Below, piece by piece: positions 16,968 to 25,444 of a DNA stretch of 47,539 nucleotides. Origin of the DNA: Bacillota bacterium (GTDB lineage: Bacteria > Bacillota > Thermosediminibacteria > Thermosediminibacterales > Tepidanaerobacteraceae). The notes beneath the pieces were generated by a model, which was not told where the DNA came from, searched no databases, and was given only the letters and a program-made list of their open reading frames with translations. The stretch lies in assembly GCA_023622055.1 (NCBI GenBank), contig JAMNZY010000040.1:1-47539 (forward strand). The letters are read 5' to 3'. The position numbers and the translations under genes are program-made. Numbering within the stretch: position 1 is the first letter of the stretch; each line of letters starts with the position of its first letter.

Positions 16968-17888
16968 ATGGCAACAGGGTTTTCTAGGATAATTCAAGGG
17001 ACTTGGCGGTTAGCAGATCCTAAACTTTGCATAGCATCAACAGTCCCAATGGTGGTAGGTACAGCAATGGCTTACAGGACCCTTGGTTTTTTAGATTTTT
17101 ATTGGCTGTTTTGGAGCTTTTTGGGTGTTTATCTAATCGAAACCGGCAAAAATGCTATAAATGAAGTGGTAGACTACCTGTCAGGGGTAGACAGATTTAT
17201 AACTCCTGATAAGAGGACGCCTTTTAGCGGCGGGAAAAAAACCATCGTAGACGGGCTGCTGACCTTGAGAGAAACTAGTATAATAGCACTGTTTGCCATG
17301 TCTGCAGCAGCAGCTATAGGCCTGTACATCTCTTTTGCAAGGGAACCAAAAGTTTTATGGATAGGCATTGCAGGGTTTTTGATTTCCATATTTTATAGTC
17401 TCCCGCCCTTTAAGTTTTGCTATCGCGGTCTTGGGGAATTTGCAATAGGTCTAACATATGGTCCCTTAGTTGTATCAGGTGCATATGTGGTGCAGACCCA
17501 TACGGTCCATATGGAGATACTGCCGATTTCATTGATAATTGGCTTCTTAATAGCAAATGTGGTGTGGATTAACCAATACCCGGACTATGAAGCTGATGCC
17601 AAAGGGCATAAGCGAAATTGGGTAGTCAGACTTGGAAAGAAAAAGGGCCTTAAGGTCTACATTTTACTATATGTTTTAGCTTATTTGTCTTTGTTTATAG
17701 CGATTTTCTTTACGCAAAATCCTTTACTGTTTTTAGTTCTCCTTGGTGTTCCTACAGCTAAACAATCCATAAATATAGCAAAAACATATTACAACGACAT
17801 ACCAAGGCTGGTGGAGGCCAATGCCAAAACTATACAGGTTTATCAAATCACTGGTTTAGCATTGACAGTAGCCATACTTCTCTCATAA
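16968..17888 (+). CDS. menA: MenA/UbiA-family prenyltransferase (1,4-dihydroxy-2-naphthoate prenyltransferase-like)
   Basis: NEVVDYLSGVD, FSGG, YSLPPFK..YRGLGE, NQYPDYEAD..GHKR; multiple TM helices. Confidence 0.75.
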   Translation: MATGFSRIIQGTWRLADPKLCIASTVPMVVGTAMAYRTLGFLDFYWLFWSFLGVYLIETGKNAINEVVDYLSGVDRFITPDKRTPFSGGKKTIVDGLLTLRETSIIALFAMSAAAAIGLYISFAREPKVLWIGIAGFLISIFYSLPPFKFCYRGLGEFAIGLTYGPLVVSGAYVVQTHTVHMEILPISLIIGFLIANVVWINQYPDYEADAKGHKRNWVVRLGKKKGLKVYILLYVLAYLSLFIAIFFTQNPLLFLVLLGVPTAKQSINIAKTYYNDIPRLVEANAKTIQVYQITGLALTVAILLS

Positions 17889-17890
17889 AA

Positions 17891-17923
17891 ATGAATATTT
17901 GGGGACAGTCCCCAAATATTCAT
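17891..17923. repeat. Perfect 33-bp palindrome; best-conserved copy of a 31-bp REP-like element
   Basis: ATGAATATTTGGGGAC-A-GTCCCCAAATATTCAT. Confidence 0.85.
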
Positions 17924-17993
17924 AAAAACCATTAACTTAATAACTGTAACTTAGGTGCCTGGCCAAAAAATTTAAAATGAAAGGGTGGTTTTC

Positions 17994-18506
17994 GTGGAGC
18001 GGATTGAGGTTATTTTAGGAGATATAACTAAGGCAGAAGTTGATGCTATAGTAAATGCGGCAAATAATACGCTGTTGGGCGGTGGCGGAGTGGACGGAGC
18101 TATACACCGGGCAGCAGGTCCCGAGCTCTTGGAAGAGTGTCGCAAATTAAATGGCTGTGAAACTGGTAAGGCAAAAATCACGAAGGGGTATAGGCTGCCG
18201 GCAAAACATGTGATACATACGGTTGGGCCCATCTGGCGGGGAGGCAATGCCGGTGAAGATGAGCTGCTGGCCTCATGTTATCGAAGTTCTCTGCAGCTTG
18301 CCGTGGAAAACAACATAAAGACAATTGCATTTCCGTCTATAAGCACAGGGGCATACAGATTTCCCCTGGAGAGAGCTGCTAAAATTGCAATACGCGAGAT
18401 TACCCAATTCTTAAATGACAATGACAGTATTGACAAAGTAATTATGGTTTGCTTTGATGAGAAAACAAAGGCTGCTTATTCTGAAGCACTAAAGAATATT
18501 CAATAG
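17994..18506 (+). CDS. Macrodomain O-acetyl-ADP-ribose deacetylase (YmdB/MacroD type)
   Basis: [39 protein letters not shown]. Confidence 0.9.
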   Translation: MERIEVILGDITKAEVDAIVNAANNTLLGGGGVDGAIHRAAGPELLEECRKLNGCETGKAKITKGYRLPAKHVIHTVGPIWRGGNAGEDELLASCYRSSLQLAVENNIKTIAFPSISTGAYRFPLERAAKIAIREITQFLNDNDSIDKVIMVCFDEKTKAAYSEALKNIQ

Positions 18507-18558
18507 ATAAAGCGGCAAAAAATTAAATTTTGCAACCATAATAGCAAGGAGGGTATTT

Positions 18559-19446
18559 ATGTCAATAACTAAGAAAGATGCGATTATAGGTTTTATAGGC
18601 ACAGGTGTTATGGGCAGGAGTATGGCAGTCAATTTAATGAAATCAGGCTTCAAAGTTATTGTTTACAACCGCACAAAGGCAAAAGCTCAAGAACTTATTG
18701 AAAAGGGTGCAGCTTGGAAAGATACAGTGGCTGAAGTTGCCCGGGAGGCCAATGTCATTATAACAATGGTAGGATACCCAAAGGACGTAAGAGAAGTATA
18801 TCTAGGGGAAAATGGAATCATAAAAAATGCCAAACCAGGTTCTTACCTCATCGATATGACCACATCTAGTCCGAAACTTGCCAAGGAGATTTATGAAGCA
18901 GCCAAGGAAAAAAGTCTATATGCTCTGGATGCACCTGTATCTGGCGGCGATGTGGGAGCAAGGGAAGCTAGGCTTTCTATTATGGTAGGTGGAGACCCAG
19001 AAGTCTTTGAGGCAATGAAACCTATCTTTGAAGCTATGGGCAAAGATATTGTCTTACAAGGCGGTGCAGGAGCCGGTCAGTACACCAAAATGAGCAACCA
19101 AATTGCCATTGCCTCAAACATGATGGGTGTTTGTGAAGCTATGGCTTATGCCAAAAAAGCGGGCCTTGATCCAAAAAAGGTTTTACAGAGCATAGCAACA
19201 GGAGCAGCAGGCAGTTGGTCCCTTAGCAATCTGGCTCCAAGGATGCTTTCAGGAGATTTTGAGCCTGGCTTTTACATAAAACATTTCATAAAAGATATGA
19301 AAATCGCTTTAGAATCAGCAAGAGAGTTGGGCCTAGAAACTCCCGGCCTTGAACTTGCTCTTTCTCTGTATGAGAAATTGGCTGAGAAAGGTGAAGAAAA
19401 CAGCGGCACTCAAGCACTGTTTAAATACTACATAGATAAGTTTTGA
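18559..19446 (+). CDS. Beta-hydroxyacid dehydrogenase (3-hydroxyisobutyrate/tartronate semialdehyde reductase family, YkwC-like)
   Basis: GFIGTGVMG, LDAPVSGGDVGA, GQYTKMSNQ, KHFIKDM. Confidence 0.9.
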   Translation: MSITKKDAIIGFIGTGVMGRSMAVNLMKSGFKVIVYNRTKAKAQELIEKGAAWKDTVAEVAREANVIITMVGYPKDVREVYLGENGIIKNAKPGSYLIDMTTSSPKLAKEIYEAAKEKSLYALDAPVSGGDVGAREARLSIMVGGDPEVFEAMKPIFEAMGKDIVLQGGAGAGQYTKMSNQIAIASNMMGVCEAMAYAKKAGLDPKKVLQSIATGAAGSWSLSNLAPRMLSGDFEPGFYIKHFIKDMKIALESARELGLETPGLELALSLYEKLAEKGEENSGTQALFKYYIDKF

Positions 19447-19462
19447 CAAAAAGCCTTAAAGT

Positions 19463-19500
19463 AACTTCCACAGCTTCGGTTGAGCTGTGGAAGTTTTTTT
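19463..19500 (+). terminator. Rho-independent terminator
   Basis: AACTTCCACAGCT...AGCTGTGGAAGTT + T-run. Confidence 0.85.
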
Positions 19501-19592
19501 GTCTTGCTGGGATGTTTCCTTCCAGTGAAAAATATTTAGCAAACCAGGACAAAATAAACATATATAAAAAAATAAAACACTGGAGGATGTCT

Positions 19593-20675
19593 ATGAAGAC
19601 ATATGGTGTAATAATGGCTGGCGGAGGAGGCACCCGCTTCTGGCCTTTAAGTCGTGCCACTGCTCCAAAACAATTTTTAAATATTACCGGTGAGGATAGT
19701 ATGATAAATGACACAATAAACAGGATTAAAGATATTATCCCGCCAGAAAGGATACTAATCGTTACCAACAAGGCTCAAGAAAAAATGCTCAAAGAAGTAA
19801 TAAAAGAAGATATCCCGGAGAAAAATGTTTTAATAGAGCCAGTTGGCAGAAACACTGCTGCATGCATTGGCTATGCAGCAATGGTTATTAAGAAGCGATG
19901 GGGAGATTCAGTAATGTGTGTCTTTCCATCAGATCACTTCATAAAAGATGTAGATGAGTTTCAAAAAGTATTACAGGCTGCATGCAATATAGCTGAGAAC
20001 TCTGAAAAACTTGTAACCATGGGAATTACGCCTACTTATCCATCAACGGGTTACGGTTATATAAAATATGACAGAGATAGGCCCATACCTGCAGGTAATA
20101 AAATAGCCTATGAAGCAATTGAGTTTGTAGAAAAACCCAATGTGCCTAAGGCGAAAGAATATATCGACAGTGGCAATTACCTTTGGAACAGCGGTATGTT
20201 TGTGTGGAAAACTTCTGTTATTCTTAAAAATTTTAAAAGGTTTTTGCCCAGGCTTTATAGAAATATAGAATTGTTAGAGTCTTCCATAGACACCCCACAA
20301 GAGAAAAAAGCAGTGGAGGAAATATATCCAGATATTCAAAGCATCTCCATTGACTACGGGATAATGGAAAGATCCGATGAAGTGGTTGTGATCCCCGGGG
20401 ATTTCGGCTGGAATGATGTGGGTTGTTGGGACTCTTTAGGCAGCGTGTTTCCACCTGATGAAAATGGCAATATTACCAAGGGAGATTTTGTTGACATCGA
20501 AACTCGCAATTCCATAATTTATTCTAACAGCCGCTTTGTAGCAGCGGTGGGCCTAGAAAATATGATTGTGGTGGAAACCAGTGACGCATTGCTGGTGTGT
20601 TCAAAAGAGAAAGCCCAGGATGTGAAAAAGGTAGTGGAATATTTAAAAAAGGCGGGAAGAAAGGAGCTCCTTTGA
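19593..20675 (+). CDS. manC: Mannose-1-phosphate guanylyltransferase
   Basis: IMAGGGGTRFWPLSR...PKQFL, EPVGRNTA, PSDH, FVEKP, WNSGMF, SIDYGIME, GWNDVG. Confidence 0.9.
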   Translation: MKTYGVIMAGGGGTRFWPLSRATAPKQFLNITGEDSMINDTINRIKDIIPPERILIVTNKAQEKMLKEVIKEDIPEKNVLIEPVGRNTAACIGYAAMVIKKRWGDSVMCVFPSDHFIKDVDEFQKVLQAACNIAENSEKLVTMGITPTYPSTGYGYIKYDRDRPIPAGNKIAYEAIEFVEKPNVPKAKEYIDSGNYLWNSGMFVWKTSVILKNFKRFLPRLYRNIELLESSIDTPQEKKAVEEIYPDIQSISIDYGIMERSDEVVVIPGDFGWNDVGCWDSLGSVFPPDENGNITKGDFVDIETRNSIIYSNSRFVAAVGLENMIVVETSDALLVCSKEKAQDVKKVVEYLKKAGRKELL

Positions 20676-21814
20676 TGGGTAATAGGCGAAGGGGGTCATA
20701 CCCCTTGATTATTGGTTTTACAGCTCTTGTTGTGGTGTGCTGTATCTTTATCTGCAGCTGTGCTTTTGATAAGCCCACAAATTGGTTGACAGTGGAGCAG
20801 TCAGAAACAACCAGTACAAATGTGAGTAATGAAGAACCGGATTCTAATCCAGAATTGCCGGAAGAGGTTAATTTGCCCAATCCTACTGCTACTTTTTTAG
20901 CAGTAGGAGATGTGATGATGCATGATGGTCAAATCTGGGCAGGTTATGATGAAGCCACAGACACTTTTGATTACTGGGAGTTTTTCCATGTGGTAAAAGA
21001 TGAAATAGCGGCAGCGGATATTGCCATGGCAAATCTTGAAACAACTTTGGCAGGTAAAGAACAAAAATACACTGGATATCCCATGTTCAACAGTCCTGAT
21101 GAAATAGCTGATGCACTGAAAGATGCCGGCTTTGATATAATTGTAACTTCCAATAATCATACCTTAGATAGGGGAGCTAAAGGAGCTCTACGGACCATAC
21201 AAGTCCTAGAAGAGCGGGACCTTTCTCCCTTGGGCACTTATGAGTCAGAAGAAGAAAGGGAACAAATTTTAATAAAAGAGGCAAATGGCATTAGTTTTGC
21301 TTTTTTGTCGTATACATATGGCACAAACGGCATTCCCATCCCTAAAGACATGCCGTATCTTGTAAATCTTATTGATGAAGATTTGATACTCAGGGACATA
21401 AAAAAGGCCCAAAGTCAGGCCGATGTAGTAGTGGTGTATCTGCATTTTGGTGAGGAATACCAGAGAACCCCTTCCAAAGACCAAAGGAAACTTGCTCATC
21501 TCCTCTTAAAAAATGGAGCCAATTTTATTGTTGCAAGCCACCCACATGTGATTCAACCTGGTGAATGGATGGAAGTTGAGCTGCCCGATGGAGAAATAAT
21601 CAAAAAATATGTTGCCTACTCAATGGGCAACTTTATATCAGCGCAAAGATTCCCGTATACCGAGGAAGGCCTCATGGTGAAATTCACCCTGGAAAAGGAT
21701 TTAAAAACCGACAGGGTCTATCTTGTGGAAGTTGAAGAAATTGATACATGGGTTGACAAGTTTGTCAGAGACGGAAAAATGAGGTATGTGGTAAGATTTG
21801 GCAAAAAGCCATAA
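20675..21814 (+). CDS. CapA/PGA_cap-family metallophosphoesterase with N-terminal membrane anchor
   Basis: AVGDVM, ANLET, SNNHTLDRG, YTYGTNG, HFGEEY, HPHV, YSMGNF; TGATG coupling with manC. Confidence 0.85.
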   Translation: MGNRRRGSYPLIIGFTALVVVCCIFICSCAFDKPTNWLTVEQSETTSTNVSNEEPDSNPELPEEVNLPNPTATFLAVGDVMMHDGQIWAGYDEATDTFDYWEFFHVVKDEIAAADIAMANLETTLAGKEQKYTGYPMFNSPDEIADALKDAGFDIIVTSNNHTLDRGAKGALRTIQVLEERDLSPLGTYESEEEREQILIKEANGISFAFLSYTYGTNGIPIPKDMPYLVNLIDEDLILRDIKKAQSQADVVVVYLHFGEEYQRTPSKDQRKLAHLLLKNGANFIVASHPHVIQPGEWMEVELPDGEIIKKYVAYSMGNFISAQRFPYTEEGLMVKFTLEKDLKTDRVYLVEVEEIDTWVDKFVRDGKMRYVVRFGKKP

Positions 21815-21822
21815 TCTTTATA

Positions 21823-21999
21823 CTACATGACGATAAAATGCTCATTTTCGCAGACTTGCTTTATATCAAGACTGCATGCCGGTGTGTGGCCCCATGCCTG
21901 TAGAGTGCAATATTGAATGGGGCCATAACAGGTTTCCTCATATTTTAAATACTCGCAATTTGCAATTTCAGTAAAGTGAGTCTTTTTGGGAACTGCCAT
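21823..21999 (-). CDS. Small Cys-rich hypothetical protein (58 aa)
   Basis: Strong RBS AAGGAGTGA upstream of ATG; fills an intergenic gap; 5 Cys. Confidence 0.55.
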   Translation of the reverse strand: MAVPKKTHFTEIANCEYLKYEETCYGPIQYCTLQAWGHTPACSLDIKQVCENEHFIVM

Positions 22000-22126
22000 C
22001 CAAATCACTCCTTTTTTTTTGCTATATTAACATAAAAGAAAATAAAATTCAAGAATATTCTATCAATAATGAAAATATTCTTTTTCACAAGCTCTAAGGC
22101 CAAAAGTTATCCAAAACTTTATACTG

Positions 22127-22155
22127 TCATATTTTTTTACTTAAAAAGATATCTT
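22127..22155 (+). promoter_or_regulatory. Possible sigmaE (mother-cell) promoter of the cwlD-like gene
   Basis: TCATATT-14 bp-GATATCTT resembles sigmaE consensus; cwlD is sigmaE-controlled in Bacillus. Confidence 0.4.
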
Positions 22156-22201
22156 TTATAAGAATGGATTTCAGCTACCTTAGCAAAAGGGGGGCTTTAA
22201 A

Positions 22202-22930
22202 ATGGAAAAAACAAAATCAAGAGTCCGCCGCACAAACCTGTTTTTACTCCTGACCTTACTTATACTTGTAATTTCAATACAATATTTATATGGTCAAAAC
22301 CTTGCTATAGGTGTGTTTAGCAGTTGGTTGCCTTTATCCGGCAAGGTGATAGTCATAGATCCAGGTCATGGCGGTATTGATGGTGGAGCAACTTTTAATG
22401 GTATTTTAGAGAAAGACATTAATCTTGACGTTTCCTTAAAGCTTAAAAAAATGTTGGAAAAAGAAGGTGCCAATGTAATAATGACCAGGTCAAAAGACAC
22501 AGCCTTAGATCATTTAAACAATAAAAGCGAGTATCGTCACAAAAGAGATTTGATTGCGAGAGCTGACATTATAAACAATTCTATGCCAGACATTTTCTTG
22601 AGCATTCATGTAAATGCTGAAAAAAGTTCCCCTAAAACTGCAGGGCCTATGGTCTTTTATTATTTTGACAGTGTGCAGAGCAGGCAATTGGCAAAGCACC
22701 TTCAAAAAAATTTAGAGGAGGTTTATAGTAAAGCTGGCCATACTTTTCCCCCTCGAAATCCTTATGGCAATACATCACTTTTTCTCTTAAAAAATACAAA
22801 AGTACCTGGTGCAATTGTGGAGGTGGGTTTTATTACAAATTCTAGGGACAGGCAGCTGCTGACAAGCCAGGACTTTCAAAACAAAATAGCAAAGGCCATA
22901 GTCCTGGCAATCAGAGAATATTTTTCATAA
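22202..22930 (+). CDS. cwlD: N-acetylmuramoyl-L-alanine amidase, CwlD-like
   Basis: N-terminal TM, LPLSGKVIVIDPGHGGIDGGA, EKDINL, KRDLIAR, SIHVNA, VEVGFITN. Confidence 0.65.
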   Translation: MEKTKSRVRRTNLFLLLTLLILVISIQYLYGQNLAIGVFSSWLPLSGKVIVIDPGHGGIDGGATFNGILEKDINLDVSLKLKKMLEKEGANVIMTRSKDTALDHLNNKSEYRHKRDLIARADIINNSMPDIFLSIHVNAEKSSPKTAGPMVFYYFDSVQSRQLAKHLQKNLEEVYSKAGHTFPPRNPYGNTSLFLLKNTKVPGAIVEVGFITNSRDRQLLTSQDFQNKIAKAIVLAIREYFS

Positions 22931-23009
22931 AAGGCTTTGTAAAATAATATTTTATGATATAATTATTAAGTAAATTAATGCACAAGAAATTACAGGGTAT
23001 GGTGAAGAC

Positions 23010-23534
23010 ATGAACGAGGACATAAAGAGAGAGATAATTGAATGGATTAAAGCTATTGCTTTTGCCCTTGTGCTTGCCCTTGTCATCCGAGGTTTTATTT
23101 TTGAACCCATGATTGTCCCAAGTGGTTCTATGATACCTACTATCCAGATAAATGACAGGATTTTGGTAAATAAATTTACTTATAGATTTGAGGAGCCTGA
23201 TTATAATGATATAGTTGTTTTCAAGTATCCCGATGATCCCAAGCAGACTTTCGTAAAGCGGCTTGTAGGTAAAGGTGGAGATGTAATAGAGATTAAAGAC
23301 AATGTCCTTTACAGAAATAGTGAACCTATCCAGGAACCTTATTTAAACGGGGAAATGTATAGTGATTTTGGACCTTATAAAGTACCTGAAGACCATTACT
23401 TTATGCTTGGAGATAATCGAAACAATTCAAAGGACAGCAGGTTCTGGGAAAACAAGTACGTTTCAAGAGAGCAAATAATAGGTAAAGCCACTTATCGAAT
23501 TTGGCCAATAAATCGAATTGGAAAGTTGAAATAA
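23010..23534 (+). CDS. lepB: Signal peptidase I
   Basis: SGSMIPT (Ser), FVKRLVG (Lys), GDNRNNSKDSR. Confidence 0.95.
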   Translation: MNEDIKREIIEWIKAIAFALVLALVIRGFIFEPMIVPSGSMIPTIQINDRILVNKFTYRFEEPDYNDIVVFKYPDDPKQTFVKRLVGKGGDVIEIKDNVLYRNSEPIQEPYLNGEMYSDFGPYKVPEDHYFMLGDNRNNSKDSRFWENKYVSREQIIGKATYRIWPINRIGKLK

Positions 23535-23546
23535 TGAGGATATATC

Positions 23547-23575
23547 TTGAATTTTAACTAGCTTTGTATTATAAT
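23547..23575 (+). promoter_or_regulatory. SigmaA promoter of tRNA-Ala/tRNA-Val
   Basis: TTGAAT-17 bp-TATAAT. Confidence 0.65.
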
Positions 23576-23589
23576 AATTTCACTGGAGT

Positions 23590-23665
23590 GGGGATATAGC
23601 TCAGCTGGGAGAGCGTCTGGTTCGCAATCAGAAGGTCAGGGGTTCGATCCCCCTTATCTCCACCA
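23590..23665 (+). tRNA. tRNA-Ala(CGC)
   Basis: Cloverleaf; G3:U70; anticodon arm TCTGG-TT CGC AA-TCAGA; GTTCGA; encoded CCA. Confidence 0.95.
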
Positions 23666-23671
23666 ACAAAA

Positions 23672-23746
23672 GGGCGCGTAGCTCAGGGGGAGAGCACTTG
23701 ACTCACATTCAAGAGGTCGCAGGTTCGAAACCTGCCGCGCCCACCA
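23672..23746 (+). tRNA. tRNA-Val(CAC)
   Basis: Anticodon arm CTTGA-CT CAC AT-TCAAG; T-loop GTTCGAAA; CCA. Confidence 0.95.
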
Positions 23747-23757
23747 AAAATAAAGCC

Positions 23758-23786
23758 TTGACAATATAAAAAAAAACTATTATACT
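23758..23786 (+). promoter_or_regulatory. SigmaA promoter of tRNA-Ala(GGC)
   Basis: TTGACA-17 bp-TATACT. Confidence 0.7.
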
Positions 23787-23819
23787 AGTAGTTGCTTGTG
23801 GTTAAAATATTGTGGATGT

Positions 23820-23895
23820 GGGGAATTAGCTCAGCTGGGAGAGCGCCTGAATGGCATTCAGGAGGTCAGGGGTTCGACTCCCCTATTCTCCACCA
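23820..23895 (+). tRNA. tRNA-Ala(GGC)
   Basis: G3:U70; anticodon arm CCTGA-AT GGC AT-TCAGG; CCA. Confidence 0.95.
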
Positions 23896-23906
23896 ATAAT
23901 GAAACT

Positions 23907-23943
23907 AAGGACGTAGAACGGGACACCGTTGCTACGTTTTTTT
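23907..23943 (+). terminator. Terminator after tRNA-Ala(GGC)
   Basis: ACGTAG-AACGG-gaca-CCGTT-g-CTACGT + T-run. Confidence 0.7.
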
Positions 23944-23985
23944 ATTTTAATAAATATATTAAATCCATGCTGAGGGGGAACATTA

Positions 23986-25341
23986 GTGAAAGAAAAGCTG
24001 AGTTTTCAGGAAAGTGTGTTGGTAGGCTCTCTTTTATTCGGGCTATTCTTTGGTGCAGGCAATCTCATTTTTCCAGTCCAGATGGGCCAATTGGCAGGAA
24101 AAAACACACTCTTAGCCACCATTGGATTTTTGGTGACGGGGGTAGGCTTGCCTATTTTAGGTGTCATAGCGTCAACACTGTCTCAAAGTGAAAGTCTGTT
24201 GCACATGGCAAAACCCGTAAGCAAGCCTTATGCAGTTTTCTTTACTTGTGCATTATACTTAACTATCGGACCACTTTTTGCCATTCCCCGTACTGCAACT
24301 GTGGCTTTTGAAGTAGGGATGCGGCCTTTTATTGCAAAGGAACTGCTGAAGTTTGCATTATTAATTTTTTCGTTGATATTTTTTCTTTTAACCCTTTATT
24401 TTTCCTTAAGACCAGGTAGGATTTTAGACTGGATAGGCAAATATCTTACTCCCATTTTTTTATTGCTCCTATCTGTATTATTAATTGCCACATTCTTAAA
24501 ACCTATGGGCCAAGTCAATATGTATCCACCTCAAGGGAGTTATGCAGACAAACCTTTTTTTATTGGATTTTTAGAAGGGTATAATACTATGGATGCCTTG
24601 GCATCTTTGGCCTTTGCTATAATAATTATTTCCAATGTACAAAAGTTAGGCATTAGTAGACCCAGCCTAATTGCCATAGAAACCAGCAAGGCTGGCCTAG
24701 TGTGTATCATTGGTATGACTGTCATATATGCATCCTTAGCTTATATGGGGGCTACAAGTCTCGGCAGTGTAGGCCGTGGGGATAATGGTGGAATAATAAT
24801 GTCCATGGTGAGCAATCATTATTTTGGCCTTATCGGCCAAGTTTTGTTGGCGGCCATTGTAACTGTTGCCTGTTTAAAAACTGCTATAGGTTTGATTACA
24901 TCCTGTTCTGAAATGTTTGCTAAAATGTTTCCAAAATCCTTTACTTATAGAACTTATGCCATATTATTTACCTTCTTTTCTTTTGCAATTGCCAATATGG
25001 GGTTAAATAAGATTGTCCAATTGTCGATACCGGTGCTTATGTTTCTGTATCCTTTGGCAATCACTTTAATGATATTGTCAATATTATCAACGGTTTTACA
25101 CAAACAGAGGGATGTTTACAGATGGACTACGGGTTTTACAAGTTTTGCAGCATTCTTTGATTTTTGTAAAGCGCTGCCGGAGTCTTTTCAGATAACCAGG
25201 TATACAAATCAGATTGTAGAATTGGCTGAGCTTTATTTGCCGGGATTTGACTATGGTTTTGGCTGGGTATTGCCTGCCCTTTGCGGCTTTATTATTGGAT
25301 TGGTTAAATGGAAAATGAGCGACAGGTTTAAAAAGGAGTAG
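23986..25341 (+). CDS. brnQ: Branched-chain amino acid:cation symporter
   Basis: LFGLFFGAGNLIFP, IGPLFAIPRTA, EGYNTMDALASLAF, ACLKTAIGL; ~12 TM. Confidence 0.9.
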   Translation: MKEKLSFQESVLVGSLLFGLFFGAGNLIFPVQMGQLAGKNTLLATIGFLVTGVGLPILGVIASTLSQSESLLHMAKPVSKPYAVFFTCALYLTIGPLFAIPRTATVAFEVGMRPFIAKELLKFALLIFSLIFFLLTLYFSLRPGRILDWIGKYLTPIFLLLLSVLLIATFLKPMGQVNMYPPQGSYADKPFFIGFLEGYNTMDALASLAFAIIIISNVQKLGISRPSLIAIETSKAGLVCIIGMTVIYASLAYMGATSLGSVGRGDNGGIIMSMVSNHYFGLIGQVLLAAIVTVACLKTAIGLITSCSEMFAKMFPKSFTYRTYAILFTFFSFAIANMGLNKIVQLSIPVLMFLYPLAITLMILSILSTVLHKQRDVYRWTTGFTSFAAFFDFCKALPESFQITRYTNQIVELAELYLPGFDYGFGWVLPALCGFIIGLVKWKMSDRFKKE

Positions 25342-25361
25342 TGAATTCTACTCCTTTTTTT
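25330..25361. terminator. Bidirectional terminator between brnQ and the spoVB-like gene
   Basis: AAAAGGAGTAG-tgaatt-CTACTCCTTTT + T-run. Confidence 0.75.
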
Positions 25362-25444
25362 AAATTTTTTAAGAATATAGCAGGGCAGGTCTAGATATAC
25401 ACCTTTTTTATATGTTACAATGAAATAGGTGTTCTCGCTGAAAG

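Noticed and set aside
21823-21999. Small ORF as ribosomal protein L32 (starts MAVPKK)
   Set aside because: Lacks the Arg/Lys-rich N-terminal segment and the CxxC...CxxC pattern of L32
23796-24191. ORFs overlapping tRNA genes (also 34537-35279)
   Set aside because: Chance frames across tRNA sequences
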